Shown: positions 10,211 to 19,572, counted from the first letter of the stretch. The stretch: 64,000 nt of DNA from Patescibacteria group bacterium (GCA_013815345.1 JACDGK010000004.1:10361-74360), one strand, 5' to 3'. The notes: a model not told the origin generated them from the sequence alone. Translations and numbers: made by a program.

Positions 10211-11686
10211 ATGGATATATGGAATTCGCTGACGGCACTCAGTCCTCTCGACGGCCGTTATCGCTCAAAGGTTCAGGAACTGTATCCGTATTTCAGTGAG
10301 TACGGACTCATACGGTATCGTCTCATGGTCGAGATCGAGTATCTGATCGCACTATCCGACCATCCGCACATTCCGCTCCGGCCTTTTACGGAAAACGAAC
10401 GACTGGATCTGCGCGCGTTGTGGAACATTTCACCCAATACCGCGCAGCTCATCAAGGACATCGAAACGAGAGGGTACGGGCCCTATACAACGGGTACGAA
10501 CCACGACGTGAAAGCCATCGAGCTCTATCTTCGGATGAAGCTGGCTGACACTTCGCTCAGTGATGTTCTTGAGTGGATTCACATCTGTCTGACTTCAGAA
10601 GACGTGAACAACTTCGCCTATGCGCTTATGCTGCATGGCGCGATTGCCGGTCCGATGGGTGAATCTCTCAATCTCATGGTGGAGCGGATCGATCAGCTCG
10701 CGAAACAGTATGCGAATGTCGCAATGTTGGCGCGTACGCACGGACAAGCGGCAACACCCACCACGCTCGGGAAAGAGTTGAATGTGTTCGATAAGCGTCA
10801 GATCGAACAGCTGCTGCAGTACCATCTTAGCGTGAAGCTGAACGGTGCAAGTGGCAACTACAATGCTTTCGAAGTCGCTTTTCCGCGTGTCGGCTGGATT
10901 CAATTTTCAGAGAAGTTTGCGCGACGCTTCGACAAGTTCGACGACGGTCTTCCGTTCGAGGTGAATTACGTTACGACGCAGATCGAGTCCCACGACACCT
11001 ACGCTGAGCTCTTTGATATTCTCAGGCGGATCAATAGCATTGGTCTCGATTTCTGTCAGGACATCTGGCGGTACGTGAGCGACAATTGGTTGGTCCAAAA
11101 GCCGAAAGAAGGGGAGGTCGGCTCCTCGACCATGCCGCACAAGGTCAATCCGATTGACTTCGAGAATGCCGAAGGCAACTTCGGCATAGCGAATGCACTG
11201 CTTGAGTTCTTCAGCAGAAAATTGCTGATCTCGCGCCTTCAGCGTGATCTCTCGGATTCGACGGTTGAACGCAACTTCGGCGTCGCGTTCGCATATTCTT
11301 TGCTCGGTTATAAATCTCTTCAAGCCGGTCTCAGAAAAGTGAGTGCAAACCAGGTCGCGATAGATGAGTACCTTGAAACTCACCCAGAAGTGATTACCGA
11401 GGCATACCAGACGATCCTCCGGCGTGAAAACTATCCCAATGCGTACGATGCTCTCAAGAGCCTTGCGCGCGGGAAGAAGATCGCACGGGAAGACCTGGAG
11501 AATTTCGTCCACGCTCTCCCGGTCTCTAACGAGGTGAAAGAAGAGATGCTCGCGATCACGCCCGCCAATTACATCGGTTTGTCAGCACGCTGGCGAGAAT
11601 GTGACGTCCCGAAAAATATTGTAAAGGGACAAAAGCAGCAAGCCGCTCCGGCAACGGAGCGGCTTTTTCTTTGTTCATCGTATTAA
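10211..11686 (+). CDS. purB: adenylosuccinate lyase (C-terminus probably frameshifted; expected stop 11604)
   Basis: ALSPLDGRY, TNHDVKAIE, ARTHGQ, signature GSSTMPHKVNPIDFENAEGN, SRLQRDLSDS. Confidence 0.96.
   Translation: MDIWNSLTALSPLDGRYRSKVQELYPYFSEYGLIRYRLMVEIEYLIALSDHPHIPLRPFTENERLDLRALWNISPNTAQLIKDIETRGYGPYTTGTNHDVKAIELYLRMKLADTSLSDVLEWIHICLTSEDVNNFAYALMLHGAIAGPMGESLNLMVERIDQLAKQYANVAMLARTHGQAATPTTLGKELNVFDKRQIEQLLQYHLSVKLNGASGNYNAFEVAFPRVGWIQFSEKFARRFDKFDDGLPFEVNYVTTQIESHDTYAELFDILRRINSIGLDFCQDIWRYVSDNWLVQKPKEGEVGSSTMPHKVNPIDFENAEGNFGIANALLEFFSRKLLISRLQRDLSDSTVERNFGVAFAYSLLGYKSLQAGLRKVSANQVAIDEYLETHPEVITEAYQTILRRENYPNAYDALKSLARGKKIAREDLENFVHALPVSNEVKEEMLAITPANYIGLSARWRECDVPKNIVKGQKQQAAPATERLFLCSSY
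11640..11672 (+). terminator. purB terminator (lies inside the read-through ORF tail)
   Basis: aagccgctccg-gcaa-cggagcggcttttt. Confidence 0.8.
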
Positions 11687-12135
11687 TAAAATGTCTTAAA
11701 TTCTGCAGGAGAGACAGAAGTCACCGAAAGTCGACTGCCCGGTTGCAGAATCTTCATCGAGCGGAGTTCTGAGCTCTCGCGGATTTGCACAATGGTAACG
11801 GGTTCTTTGAATTTCTGTACGAATGCGATATCTACAGCAAGCCACACCGGTTTCTCTTTCGTTGCGCGTGGTTCGTAGTGGTAATCCTTTTTATCAAACT
11901 GGGTCGGGTCAGGGTAGGGAGCTGAGACGACCTTGGCGATGCCATACACTCCCGTGACTTTGCAGCTCGAGTGGTAAAAAAGCACTTGGTCACCAATCTT
12001 CATCTCACGGATATAGTTACGTGCTTGGAAGTTACGAATGCCGGTCCATGCCGTTTTCTTGTCGACCTTAAGATGATCGATGCTATAGCTTTCCGGCTCG
12101 GATTTGATAAGCCAGTAGTTCGGTGCTGATTTCAT
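11683..12135 (-). CDS. EVE domain-containing protein
   Basis: YWLIKSEP, WTGIRNFQARN, GDQVLFYHS, YPDPTQFD, RLSV; TATACT 7 nt before ATG. Confidence 0.93.
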   Translation of the reverse strand: MKSAPNYWLIKSEPESYSIDHLKVDKKTAWTGIRNFQARNYIREMKIGDQVLFYHSSCKVTGVYGIAKVVSAPYPDPTQFDKKDYHYEPRATKEKPVWLAVDIAFVQKFKEPVTIVQIRESSELRSMKILQPGSRLSVTSVSPAEFKTFY

Positions 12136-12477
12136 GTTTATAAGTATATAGGAAACAGTCAGCGACCCGTATAAAACGAGTCGCTATAGTGTAGGCGAAC
12201 ATCAACCGTTGGGATTTTGCGTGCCTCAAATTCTTTGCCAAAAACAGATTTTCCATCCCCATGAATAGAAGCGTACTTTGGCGCCGATAAAGCGGCTACG
12301 TCCTGCCGAGGCGCTATGGTGGATAGTGCGCTAGGACCGGCCAGTTGATTTCGCTTTCCCAGATACGACACATTATCTTTGCTATTTTTAGAGCCGTTTT
12401 GGGAGTTATCCTCAAAAATAGTAGCATCCGTGAGGCCATTCTAAAAAATCATAATTATTTTATCTTGCCACTGTATA

Positions 12478-13005
12478 GTGCGGCTCGCGAATAAAAGAAA
12501 AATCGAAAATAATTATGCTTTCATTGATGGTCAGAACTTGAACGTAAGTATTCGTGCTCTTGGCTGGCGTCTGGATTTTAAACGTTTCAGAATCTATCTT
12601 TATGAAAAATACGCTATCACCAAGGCCTTTATATTTATTGGATATATACCAGGCAACGAAACCCTCTACACATTCCTTCAAAGTGTTGGCTATATTTGCA
12701 TTTTTAAACCCACTCTAAAAGTTAGAGGCAAGAGAGTAAAGGGAAATGTTGATACGGAGCTAGTCCTGCATGCCATGATTGAGTATCAGAATTATGATCA
12801 AGCAATAATTGTATCTGGTGACGGAGACTTCTTTTGCCTGGCAGAATATCTGTTGAAAGAAGGCAAGTTACTAAGAATACTCATTCCAAACGAACATCGT
12901 TACTCAAGTTTACTTAAGCGCCTTAATTCAACCAATAAAGATGCCCTCGACTTCATAAGTCGTTTAAAGATTCAACTTGAATACAAAAAGAGATATTCAA
13001 AATGA
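12478..13005 (+). CDS. NYN domain (LabA/PIN-like) ribonuclease
   Basis: NYAFIDGQNL, KGNVDTELVL, IIVSGDGDF; AT-rich. Confidence 0.9.
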   Translation: MRLANKRKIENNYAFIDGQNLNVSIRALGWRLDFKRFRIYLYEKYAITKAFIFIGYIPGNETLYTFLQSVGYICIFKPTLKVRGKRVKGNVDTELVLHAMIEYQNYDQAIIVSGDGDFFCLAEYLLKEGKLLRILIPNEHRYSSLLKRLNSTNKDALDFISRLKIQLEYKKRYSK

Positions 13006-13058
13006 AAAGGGCCGCCAGCAGGACGGAACCTGAAGGAGACCCAATTCGTCTGATTACT
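13004..13058 (-). ncRNA. candidate small structured RNA convergent with NYN gene
   Basis: Upstream minus-strand promoter, hairpin 13009-13042 followed by UUUU, loop complementary to 13045-13050, no ORF. Confidence 0.45.
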
Positions 13059-13063
13059 TGGGT

Positions 13064-13092
13064 ATTTTATTCTTCCTTCATTGAGAAGTCAA
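13064..13092 (-). promoter_or_regulatory. sigma70 promoter TTGACT-17-TAAAAT facing the NYN 3' end
   Basis: Near-consensus -35 and -10 with exact 17-nt spacer. Confidence 0.7.
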
Positions 13093-13135
13093 TGCGATGC
13101 AGGAGAATTTTATGAAATCCAGTACAATGGGAGTA

Positions 13136-16100
13136 ATGGCAGCTCCAGGTACCACCGAAGAATACGAAGTTGCATACGCGCGAATGAATGCGGAGCAGAA
13201 AGAGGCCGTTGAGACTATTGATGGACCGGTCTTCGTGATTGCGGGTCCGGGGACGGGGAAGACACAGATACTCACGCTGCGTATTGCAAATATTCTTCGA
13301 CGGACTGATACCCCTCCTGAGACCATCCTCGCGCTCACCTTTACCGAGGCAGGAGCGAATGAGATGCGCAGTCGCCTGGCAAAGATGATCGGTACGCGCG
13401 GACACAAAGTGCGCATTCATACTTTTCATGGATTCGCGGAGTCGCTTATCTCCAGATACCCGGACGCATTTAGCCGAATTGTGGGGGGAGAGATTGCCAC
13501 AGACGTTGAGCGGGCAGAGATGCTCGATGAAGCAATTTTGAATACGACGGTGCAATATCTTCGACCTTTTGGTGACCCACTCTACTATCACTACGAAGCT
13601 TCTCGCACGATCTCGACGATGAAGCGTGAGAATGTTACGCCGGAAGTCTTGGCCCAAAAGATCGCGATTGCCGAGCAGGAATACGAAGCCATCCCTGAGA
13701 AAGTGCACACAAAAGGGAAATACGAAGGAAAGCTGAAAGGTGAATATGAATCATTGCAAAAGAAAATTGCAAAGACGCGGGACTTGCTCGCGGTGTATGA
13801 AGCATACGAAGCGCAGCTCACCGAGCATCATCGCTATGACTACGAAGACGTGATTTTGGAGGCGGTGCGCGCGCTTACTACCGACGAAGGTTTTCGCAGG
13901 GAAGTGCAGGAGTCAATTTTCTATGTGCACGCGGATGAACATCAGGATGCGAACCGAGCGCAAAACGCGCTACTTGAATTGCTGGTCGAACATGACGAAC
14001 GTCCAAACCTTTTTGTATTGGGAGATGAAAAGCAGGCGATCTATCGTTTCCAAGGGGCGGACCTCGACAATGTGCACTACTTTCGTGAACGATTTCCGGA
14101 TACTAAGATAATCGCGCTCATTGCAAACTATCGCTCTCATCAGACGATTTTGGACAGCGCACTCTCTTTGATTGCAGCGTCGCCTGACACACGACTTTCA
14201 CGAGTGGCGTTGGTGGCGAGTAGCGAGGAAAGTGCCAAAAAGAATATAAAAGAGAAAAATGGTAAGGGTGATGTGATTGCTCCGATACGGCGTGTCGCTT
14301 GCGACACGCCGGCAGATGAAATGGACTTTCTCGCCGGAGAGATTCAGGGTCTCTTGAATGACGGCGTATCGACCGAAGAAATAGCCGTTTTAGTACGCCG
14401 AAATCAAGACGTTTCGTACGTCGCCGGCAGCCTTTCTGGCATGGGTATTCCGGTGGGTATGGGTACAGACAATGCGCTGCAGAATCGCTTCGTACGGGTC
14501 TTATGGAGGCTTCTGGAGGCCGTTGTGGAGCCAAAAGAGGAGAATTTAGGTGCCCTTTTCACCCTTCCTGGATTTGCTCTTTCTGGGGCTGATGTTTGGC
14601 GGATGATGGACTATGCCCGGAGGGAGAAGATGCCGGCGTTGAGCATTCTGGGCAATACCCGCATGCTTGAGGCCGCGAAGGTGCAGAATGTCGAGGGAGC
14701 TATGAAATTGAAGAGTACGCTCGATGAACTGAGTCGTTTAGCAGCAGTGGAGCGACCGGCCGTGGTAGCGCAAGCGGCGCTTGCCGCCACCGGCATGATG
14801 GACTCGATTCTGCTCGCAAGTGATCGAAGCGAAACGCTCGTAGCGATTCGCGAGCTCCTGGACTCATTCGAGGAACTCTCGCAACGCGAACACGATGCGC
14901 TTCTGCCTCGTGGTCTCGCACTTTTAAAACTCCATGAAAAGCGAAATTTGCCACTCACGCGAAAGGCACAAGAGACGCCAGGACTCGTGCGAGTGATGAC
15001 CGTGCATCGCGCGAAAGGGCGAGAGTTTGAATATGTATATGTGCCGGTGCTCACCGATCGTGCATGGTCCACTCGTAACCGGCCAGAGCATTTCTATCTG
15101 CCTGATATTCTCTCGGGAAGTGTCGAGCTCGAAGACGAACGCCGGCTTTTGTATGTGGCGATGACGCGCGCGAAGCGCGCGGTCACGCTTTCCTATGCCA
15201 CAACCCGTGAAGACGGCAGGGAAGAGATCGCGTGTGCACTGCTGGAAGAGATTGATCCAACACTTATAGCAGCGAGTGAGTGGCATTCGAGCGAAGTAAA
15301 AGATGATGCGGCACTTCTCGTGCAGCAAACAAAGCGTGCACAGAAAATGCTCAAACCACTTCACGAGCTTGAGCCCTCCACAGATGATCTCGATACGCTG
15401 CGTCGTGCATTCCTCGCATACGGCCTCTCACCAACTGGTTTTAATAATTACCTCCAGTGCTCCTGGAAATACTTTTATGTAAATCTTTTACGCATTCCAG
15501 AAGCAGAAAATAAATACATGCTGTATGGCACTGCGATTCATAAAGCTCTGAAAGCCTATGCCGACCGACGCACTCGGGGAGAAGATGTGCCGGTAACGTA
15601 CGCGATCGAAAATTTCAACATCGCACTCCGACGTGCACCACTTACCACGCGAGACATTGAAGAATTAAAAGTGAAAGGCACAAAAGCACTCACTGCATGG
15701 TGGACAGAACATCAGTCCTCATGGCCGGTAAAAACCGAATCAGAATTTGCGGTAGAGACGAGCATTATCCTAAACGACGGTATGTCACTCGCTCTACGTG
15801 GCAACATCGATCGCATGGACCCGCTTCCGGGAAGTGTCTTTTCTGTCGTCGACTATAAGACGGGGAAAGTGAGAAGCAAGAATGAGCTCATGGGGAAAAC
15901 GAAAGACGCCGACGGGAATTATTATCGACAGCTTATTTTCTATAAACTTCTTCTTGCAGGAGCTGATCCGTCGCGAGAAATGAGTGAAGGAATAATCGAA
16001 TTCGTCGAGCCCGATGAAGGTGGCAAAATCCGCTCGGAGAAGTTCGACATCTCAAAAGACGAAGTCACTCAGCTTGAATCGGACATTCGCAAAGCTGCCG

Positions 16101-16183
16101 ACGAAATCCTTACTCTCTCATTCTGGAACACTCCCTGCCCCGACGCAGAATGTGGTTGGTGCCCCTTCCGTTTTACAACTTAA
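13136..16183 (+). CDS. UvrD/AddA-like ATP-dependent helicase fused to PD-(D/E)XK nuclease
   Basis: AGPGTGKT, DEHQD, GDEKQAIYRFQGA, TVHRAKGREF, YVAMTRA; C-terminal GNIDR..VDYKTG and Cys pattern; TACAAT 7 nt before ATG 13136 (ORF track start 13097). Confidence 0.93.
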   Translation: MAAPGTTEEYEVAYARMNAEQKEAVETIDGPVFVIAGPGTGKTQILTLRIANILRRTDTPPETILALTFTEAGANEMRSRLAKMIGTRGHKVRIHTFHGFAESLISRYPDAFSRIVGGEIATDVERAEMLDEAILNTTVQYLRPFGDPLYYHYEASRTISTMKRENVTPEVLAQKIAIAEQEYEAIPEKVHTKGKYEGKLKGEYESLQKKIAKTRDLLAVYEAYEAQLTEHHRYDYEDVILEAVRALTTDEGFRREVQESIFYVHADEHQDANRAQNALLELLVEHDERPNLFVLGDEKQAIYRFQGADLDNVHYFRERFPDTKIIALIANYRSHQTILDSALSLIAASPDTRLSRVALVASSEESAKKNIKEKNGKGDVIAPIRRVACDTPADEMDFLAGEIQGLLNDGVSTEEIAVLVRRNQDVSYVAGSLSGMGIPVGMGTDNALQNRFVRVLWRLLEAVVEPKEENLGALFTLPGFALSGADVWRMMDYARREKMPALSILGNTRMLEAAKVQNVEGAMKLKSTLDELSRLAAVERPAVVAQAALAATGMMDSILLASDRSETLVAIRELLDSFEELSQREHDALLPRGLALLKLHEKRNLPLTRKAQETPGLVRVMTVHRAKGREFEYVYVPVLTDRAWSTRNRPEHFYLPDILSGSVELEDERRLLYVAMTRAKRAVTLSYATTREDGREEIACALLEEIDPTLIAASEWHSSEVKDDAALLVQQTKRAQKMLKPLHELEPSTDDLDTLRRAFLAYGLSPTGFNNYLQCSWKYFYVNLLRIPEAENKYMLYGTAIHKALKAYADRRTRGEDVPVTYAIENFNIALRRAPLTTRDIEELKVKGTKALTAWWTEHQSSWPVKTESEFAVETSIILNDGMSLALRGNIDRMDPLPGSVFSVVDYKTGKVRSKNELMGKTKDADGNYYRQLIFYKLLLAGADPSREMSEGIIEFVEPDEGGKIRSEKFDISKDEVTQLESDIRKAADEILTLSFWNTPCPDAECGWCPFRFTT

Positions 16184-16203
16184 ATAATCACAATAGGTGA
16201 TAA

Positions 16204-16236
16204 GAAAAACCTCTCAGACCATCTGATCTGAGGGTT
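16204..16236 (-). repeat. terminator hairpin, copy 1 of a dispersed repeat
   Basis: gaaaaacctctcagaccatctgatctgagggt; near-identical to 56272-56302. Confidence 0.75.
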
Positions 16237-16269
16237 ACCATTTGGCATATATATAGGTGAAGCTTCGTA

Positions 16270-16836
16270 TTACCCTTGTATGGGTACCCGCCCGAATTTT
16301 CGCAGAGTGAGCAAGACCATAACGACAGTCAGCACAGTGCACGAAGCAGGATAGAACCGCTCCGAAATACTCCAGTCCTTGCCGGCGATAGTCGATAGTC
16401 CGTTCACGATCGAGTAAGCGACCCAGAGCCACAGAGTGCTCTCTCGAGGCTTACGCCATATGTCCCAGACTTGGAGCAAGCCAGCGGTAATCACCGCGGC
16501 CGTTGAAATGATTGTGTCCATTACGGGACCTGATCGCCACCAAACAAAAATGGAAATCAGAACCAAGGACGAAGTGACCGTCTCGAGCCGAGTCCATTTG
16601 AATGTTCGAGACTTTAGAATCGCGACGCCGACCAGCGAGCACCCGAAGACGTACGCTGCTGGCAGAAGCCAGTTGCCTCCCTTCACGAAGATAGAAGCAG
16701 CCACGATGAAGTCGAGAAGCCCCCAGAGTAAAAAACTGGCGGCATTGAGTTGCATCTTTCCACGCCAAACTTGTATGGTAGTGGGAATATAGACCACTAC
16801 GGCCAGAGTGGCTGCAGCGAAAGCCAAAAGGTTCAT
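16270..16836 (-). CDS. multi-pass membrane protein, PQ-loop-like internal duplication
   Basis: About 6-7 hydrophobic helices; YIPTTIQVWRG and LLQVWDIWRKP half-repeats; upstream TTGACA and AAGGAAGG. Confidence 0.7.
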   Translation of the reverse strand: MNLLAFAAATLAVVVYIPTTIQVWRGKMQLNAASFLLWGLLDFIVAASIFVKGGNWLLPAAYVFGCSLVGVAILKSRTFKWTRLETVTSSLVLISIFVWWRSGPVMDTIISTAAVITAGLLQVWDIWRKPRESTLWLWVAYSIVNGLSTIAGKDWSISERFYPASCTVLTVVMVLLTLRKFGRVPIQG

Positions 16837-16944
16837 CTAAACCTTCCTTCTTTCAGGGCTAGAGTTTTCTCAGAATAAATTACATTCTAAAATACTCTTT
16901 GTCAAGTTTACTGTAGAATTTTTTCCGATAATAACCAACTTTGT

Positions 16945-17661
16945 TTATTGATTCAAGACTTTAGCAATGGACTGATCGATGACTTGCTTCATGGCGTTGT
17001 ACGGGAGGCCGCCGGAGATGATGATGGGAGTCTGACCTTTTACGAGGAGCACACTATAAGGAGCTCCGGTCGCGCCAATGTCGAGGGCGTTTTGGTAATC
17101 AAGACCGACTCGTTTCTGGTAGGTGCGAGCATTGAGACAGGTGTCGAAGTCCGTCGTGGAGAGCCCGAGCGAAGATACGACTGCGTCATAATTTGCTGGA
17201 TCGAACTGATTCGTTCCGGAAGCAGCAGATTGAAGGGTATCGATAAATTTAAAAAATACACTCGTGCCGCCCTGTGAGGCGACGCACTCAGCAGCTTCAG
17301 CATGTTCCTCAGCATTGGCATCTTCGCCGATGAGAGGGAAGTGGCGATACACCCACGCTATGTTTCCTTGCGGGCCATAGATCTGCATGAGCTGCTCCAT
17401 GACTTTCTGAAACACTTTTGAATACTCGGAATCAATATCGGCGTATTCGATGACCACGACGGGTGCTGCAGGATTGCCTAACACATGGTCAGTGGCATCA
17501 ACGGGACGCACGCTCGTCGGATTACCGCTCTGCAGGAGTGTCGCACGGTGATGAATCGTATACACCGCAAAGGCGATGATAAGTCCGCCAATCAGAATAG
17601 CTCCAGGAATGAACCACTCACCACGCACTCTTTCTGACTTCCTTTTCGATTGAGGAGGCAT
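16945..17661 (-). CDS. membrane-anchored DsbA/thioredoxin-fold protein lacking CxxC (SEYS)
   Basis: N-terminal TM, DHVLGNPAAPVVVIEYAD, WVYRHFPL, AEAAECV, GATGAP. Confidence 0.85.
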   Translation of the reverse strand: MPPQSKRKSERVRGEWFIPGAILIGGLIIAFAVYTIHHRATLLQSGNPTSVRPVDATDHVLGNPAAPVVVIEYADIDSEYSKVFQKVMEQLMQIYGPQGNIAWVYRHFPLIGEDANAEEHAEAAECVASQGGTSVFFKFIDTLQSAASGTNQFDPANYDAVVSSLGLSTTDFDTCLNARTYQKRVGLDYQNALDIGATGAPYSVLLVKGQTPIIISGGLPYNAMKQVIDQSIAKVLNQ

Positions 17662-17673
17662 ACGTCAGAATTA

Positions 17674-18249
17674 TTAAAAAGGCAACGTGTGAGTCATCGA
17701 AGGAGCGGGGAGCGCCGTATTCCAAGTACTCGTATCAAGTTTGATATCGCGAATGTCGCGGAGATCTTTATATTTAAGAACGCCATTATGCATCGCGTAG
17801 TCGAAAAGTTCACGAGTAATACGCACGTCTTCGATGCAGTATGCGCGCACTTTTTCTACCAGACCTTGTGCCCACCATTCGATGGCTTTTAAGCCATCGC
17901 CACTTTTTCCTCGGCCAAGTGTAGCCTCGGCAAGTGTCTGAAGACGCAACCGTCTTCCTAATACTTTCTGAACTTCCACCATGAGATCGAGCGAGCGGAT
18001 TTTCGAAAGATCGCCGGAGTAGTAACGGTTCAAAATAGGAATATCAAAAAAGTCGGAGTTGTAACCAATCAACATGTCGGTGTTTTCGATAAGCGGCCAG
18101 AGCTTGGGTAATTCTTCTTTTGTATAGGAAGTGTACTCACCTGATTCCGAGTCATGCACGCCGACGATGGTGAGCTCCATAGATGAAAGATCATTCCGTG
18201 AGAGCGGTACGCTGCTCGAGGTTTCGATATCAAACGTAATTGCTTTCAT
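17674..18249 (-). CDS. RNase H-like (YprB-type) 3'-5' exonuclease
   Basis: FDIET, IGYNSDFFDIP, YCIEDV (DEDDy pattern). Confidence 0.85.
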   Translation of the reverse strand: MKAITFDIETSSSVPLSRNDLSSMELTIVGVHDSESGEYTSYTKEELPKLWPLIENTDMLIGYNSDFFDIPILNRYYSGDLSKIRSLDLMVEVQKVLGRRLRLQTLAEATLGRGKSGDGLKAIEWWAQGLVEKVRAYCIEDVRITRELFDYAMHNGVLKYKDLRDIRDIKLDTSTWNTALPAPSMTHTLPF

Positions 18250-18256
18250 GAATTCC

Positions 18257-19516
18257 TTATTTTAATGCTGCTGGCACATCAGCTTTTGGCAATTCCTTTT
18301 CAGTACTCGCTGCAAGATTTTTCAATCGCACGGTACCTGAAGCAGCTTCTTCCTCGCCGAAGGCAAGGAAAGAGGGAATACCTCGACGAGATGCTTCCCG
18401 AATTTGATCGCTCAGCGTTTTGCTGGTGGCATTCACTAATACCCGCAATCCTTCCGTACGAAGCTCCTCTGCATACTTTTGTGCGTGACCGATGTCACTT
18501 TCTGCGGGTGTGCCTATAAAAAGATCGGCAGCAGAGCGTATTTCAGGCAGGTATTCGTGCGTACTAAGAAAATCGAGAAGGGTAACATCCCCTACGGCAA
18601 AACCGACACAAGGAATCGGCTCACCGCCAAACATCGCTATGAGCTGATCATACCGTCCGCCGCCAAAGAGGGAACGAGCATTTTCGGTGTTTGTGTCGAA
18701 TATTTCAAATACGGTGCCAGTGTAGTAATCGAAGCCGCGTACGATCTCGGGATCAAAAACAATATTCGTCATACCGCGGGCTTTAAAACCATCGATAAGT
18801 CCGACAAGTTGAGATTTTTCTTTTGCAACAGCAGGATCACTCTCGTTCGCTATAATTTTGAGTGGGTCTTCGCGATTATTGTCGAGCGCTGAGGAAAACT
18901 CCTCCGGCGTCATCTTGCTTTTGCGATCGAGCAGGTGGCTATAGCTACGAATAGCTTCGTCGGTCGTGTAGCCCGCTGCCCTACAGGCAGCGGTAAGAAG
19001 GGAGCGGGAGTTCACCCGAACAACAAAGTCAGTATTTTTCGCACCGAGTGCGCGAAGGAGCGTAGAGGCAATAACAATCATTTCTCCATCAGCTTTCATG
19101 TCAGAAATTCCTGCAAGGTCCACATTCAGCTGGTAGTGTTCGCGAAGACGGCCGCGTTGCGGGCGTTCATATCGGAAAACATTTGGAATAGAAAACCAAC
19201 GGAGTGGAAAAACGAGTTCGCGCCGTTTGCCCGCAACCATACGAGCAAAGGTTGGGGTCATTTCCGGACGGAGCGTTACCTTTCGATCGCCGCGGTCAAA
19301 AAAGCTATAGGTCTGCTCGTTGACGATTTCTTCGCTCGTTTTGTTTTCAAAAAGTTCGGAACGCTCGAGTGGCGATGCATTATATTCTTCGTACCCGTAG
19401 CTTTGGAGAGTAGTACGAAACGTATCAAAGACGCTCTGAAGTCGTGTCCAGTCTTCAGGGTAGAAATCACGCACTCCTTTATAGGGTTCTGTTGAAAGGG
19501 TCTCGCGTTCACTCAT
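18257..19516 (-). CDS. hisS: histidine--tRNA ligase
   Basis: KGVRDFYP, TLRPEMTP, FRYERPQRGRLREHYQ, IVRGFDYYTG, GGGRYD. Confidence 0.97.
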   Translation of the reverse strand: MSERETLSTEPYKGVRDFYPEDWTRLQSVFDTFRTTLQSYGYEEYNASPLERSELFENKTSEEIVNEQTYSFFDRGDRKVTLRPEMTPTFARMVAGKRRELVFPLRWFSIPNVFRYERPQRGRLREHYQLNVDLAGISDMKADGEMIVIASTLLRALGAKNTDFVVRVNSRSLLTAACRAAGYTTDEAIRSYSHLLDRKSKMTPEEFSSALDNNREDPLKIIANESDPAVAKEKSQLVGLIDGFKARGMTNIVFDPEIVRGFDYYTGTVFEIFDTNTENARSLFGGGRYDQLIAMFGGEPIPCVGFAVGDVTLLDFLSTHEYLPEIRSAADLFIGTPAESDIGHAQKYAEELRTEGLRVLVNATSKTLSDQIREASRRGIPSFLAFGEEEAASGTVRLKNLAASTEKELPKADVPAALK

Positions 19517-19572
19517 TATTTGAGTTTACCAGATGAACGCTGATTGAGTAGCTATAAAATGATGTTGCAGCA

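Noticed and set aside
12159-12371. 70-aa minus-strand ORF between EVE and NYN
   Set aside because: GTG start, no recognisable motif or convincing signals; cannot be supported as a gene
13009-13056. Hammerhead/HDV ribozyme or known riboswitch as identity of the NYN-adjacent element
   Set aside because: GGACGGAAC resembles the hammerhead GGACGAAAC arm, but no correctly placed CUGANGA core or three-stem junction was found; no riboswitch consensus matched
15420-16183. Cas4 / CRISPR adaptation gene
   Set aside because: The nuclease domain is fused to a UvrD helicase (AddA/AdnB-like repair enzyme) with no cas context
16204-16236. Integron attC site
   Set aside because: Lacks RYYYAAC/GTTRRRY ends, is too short, and no tandem cassette array or intI is present
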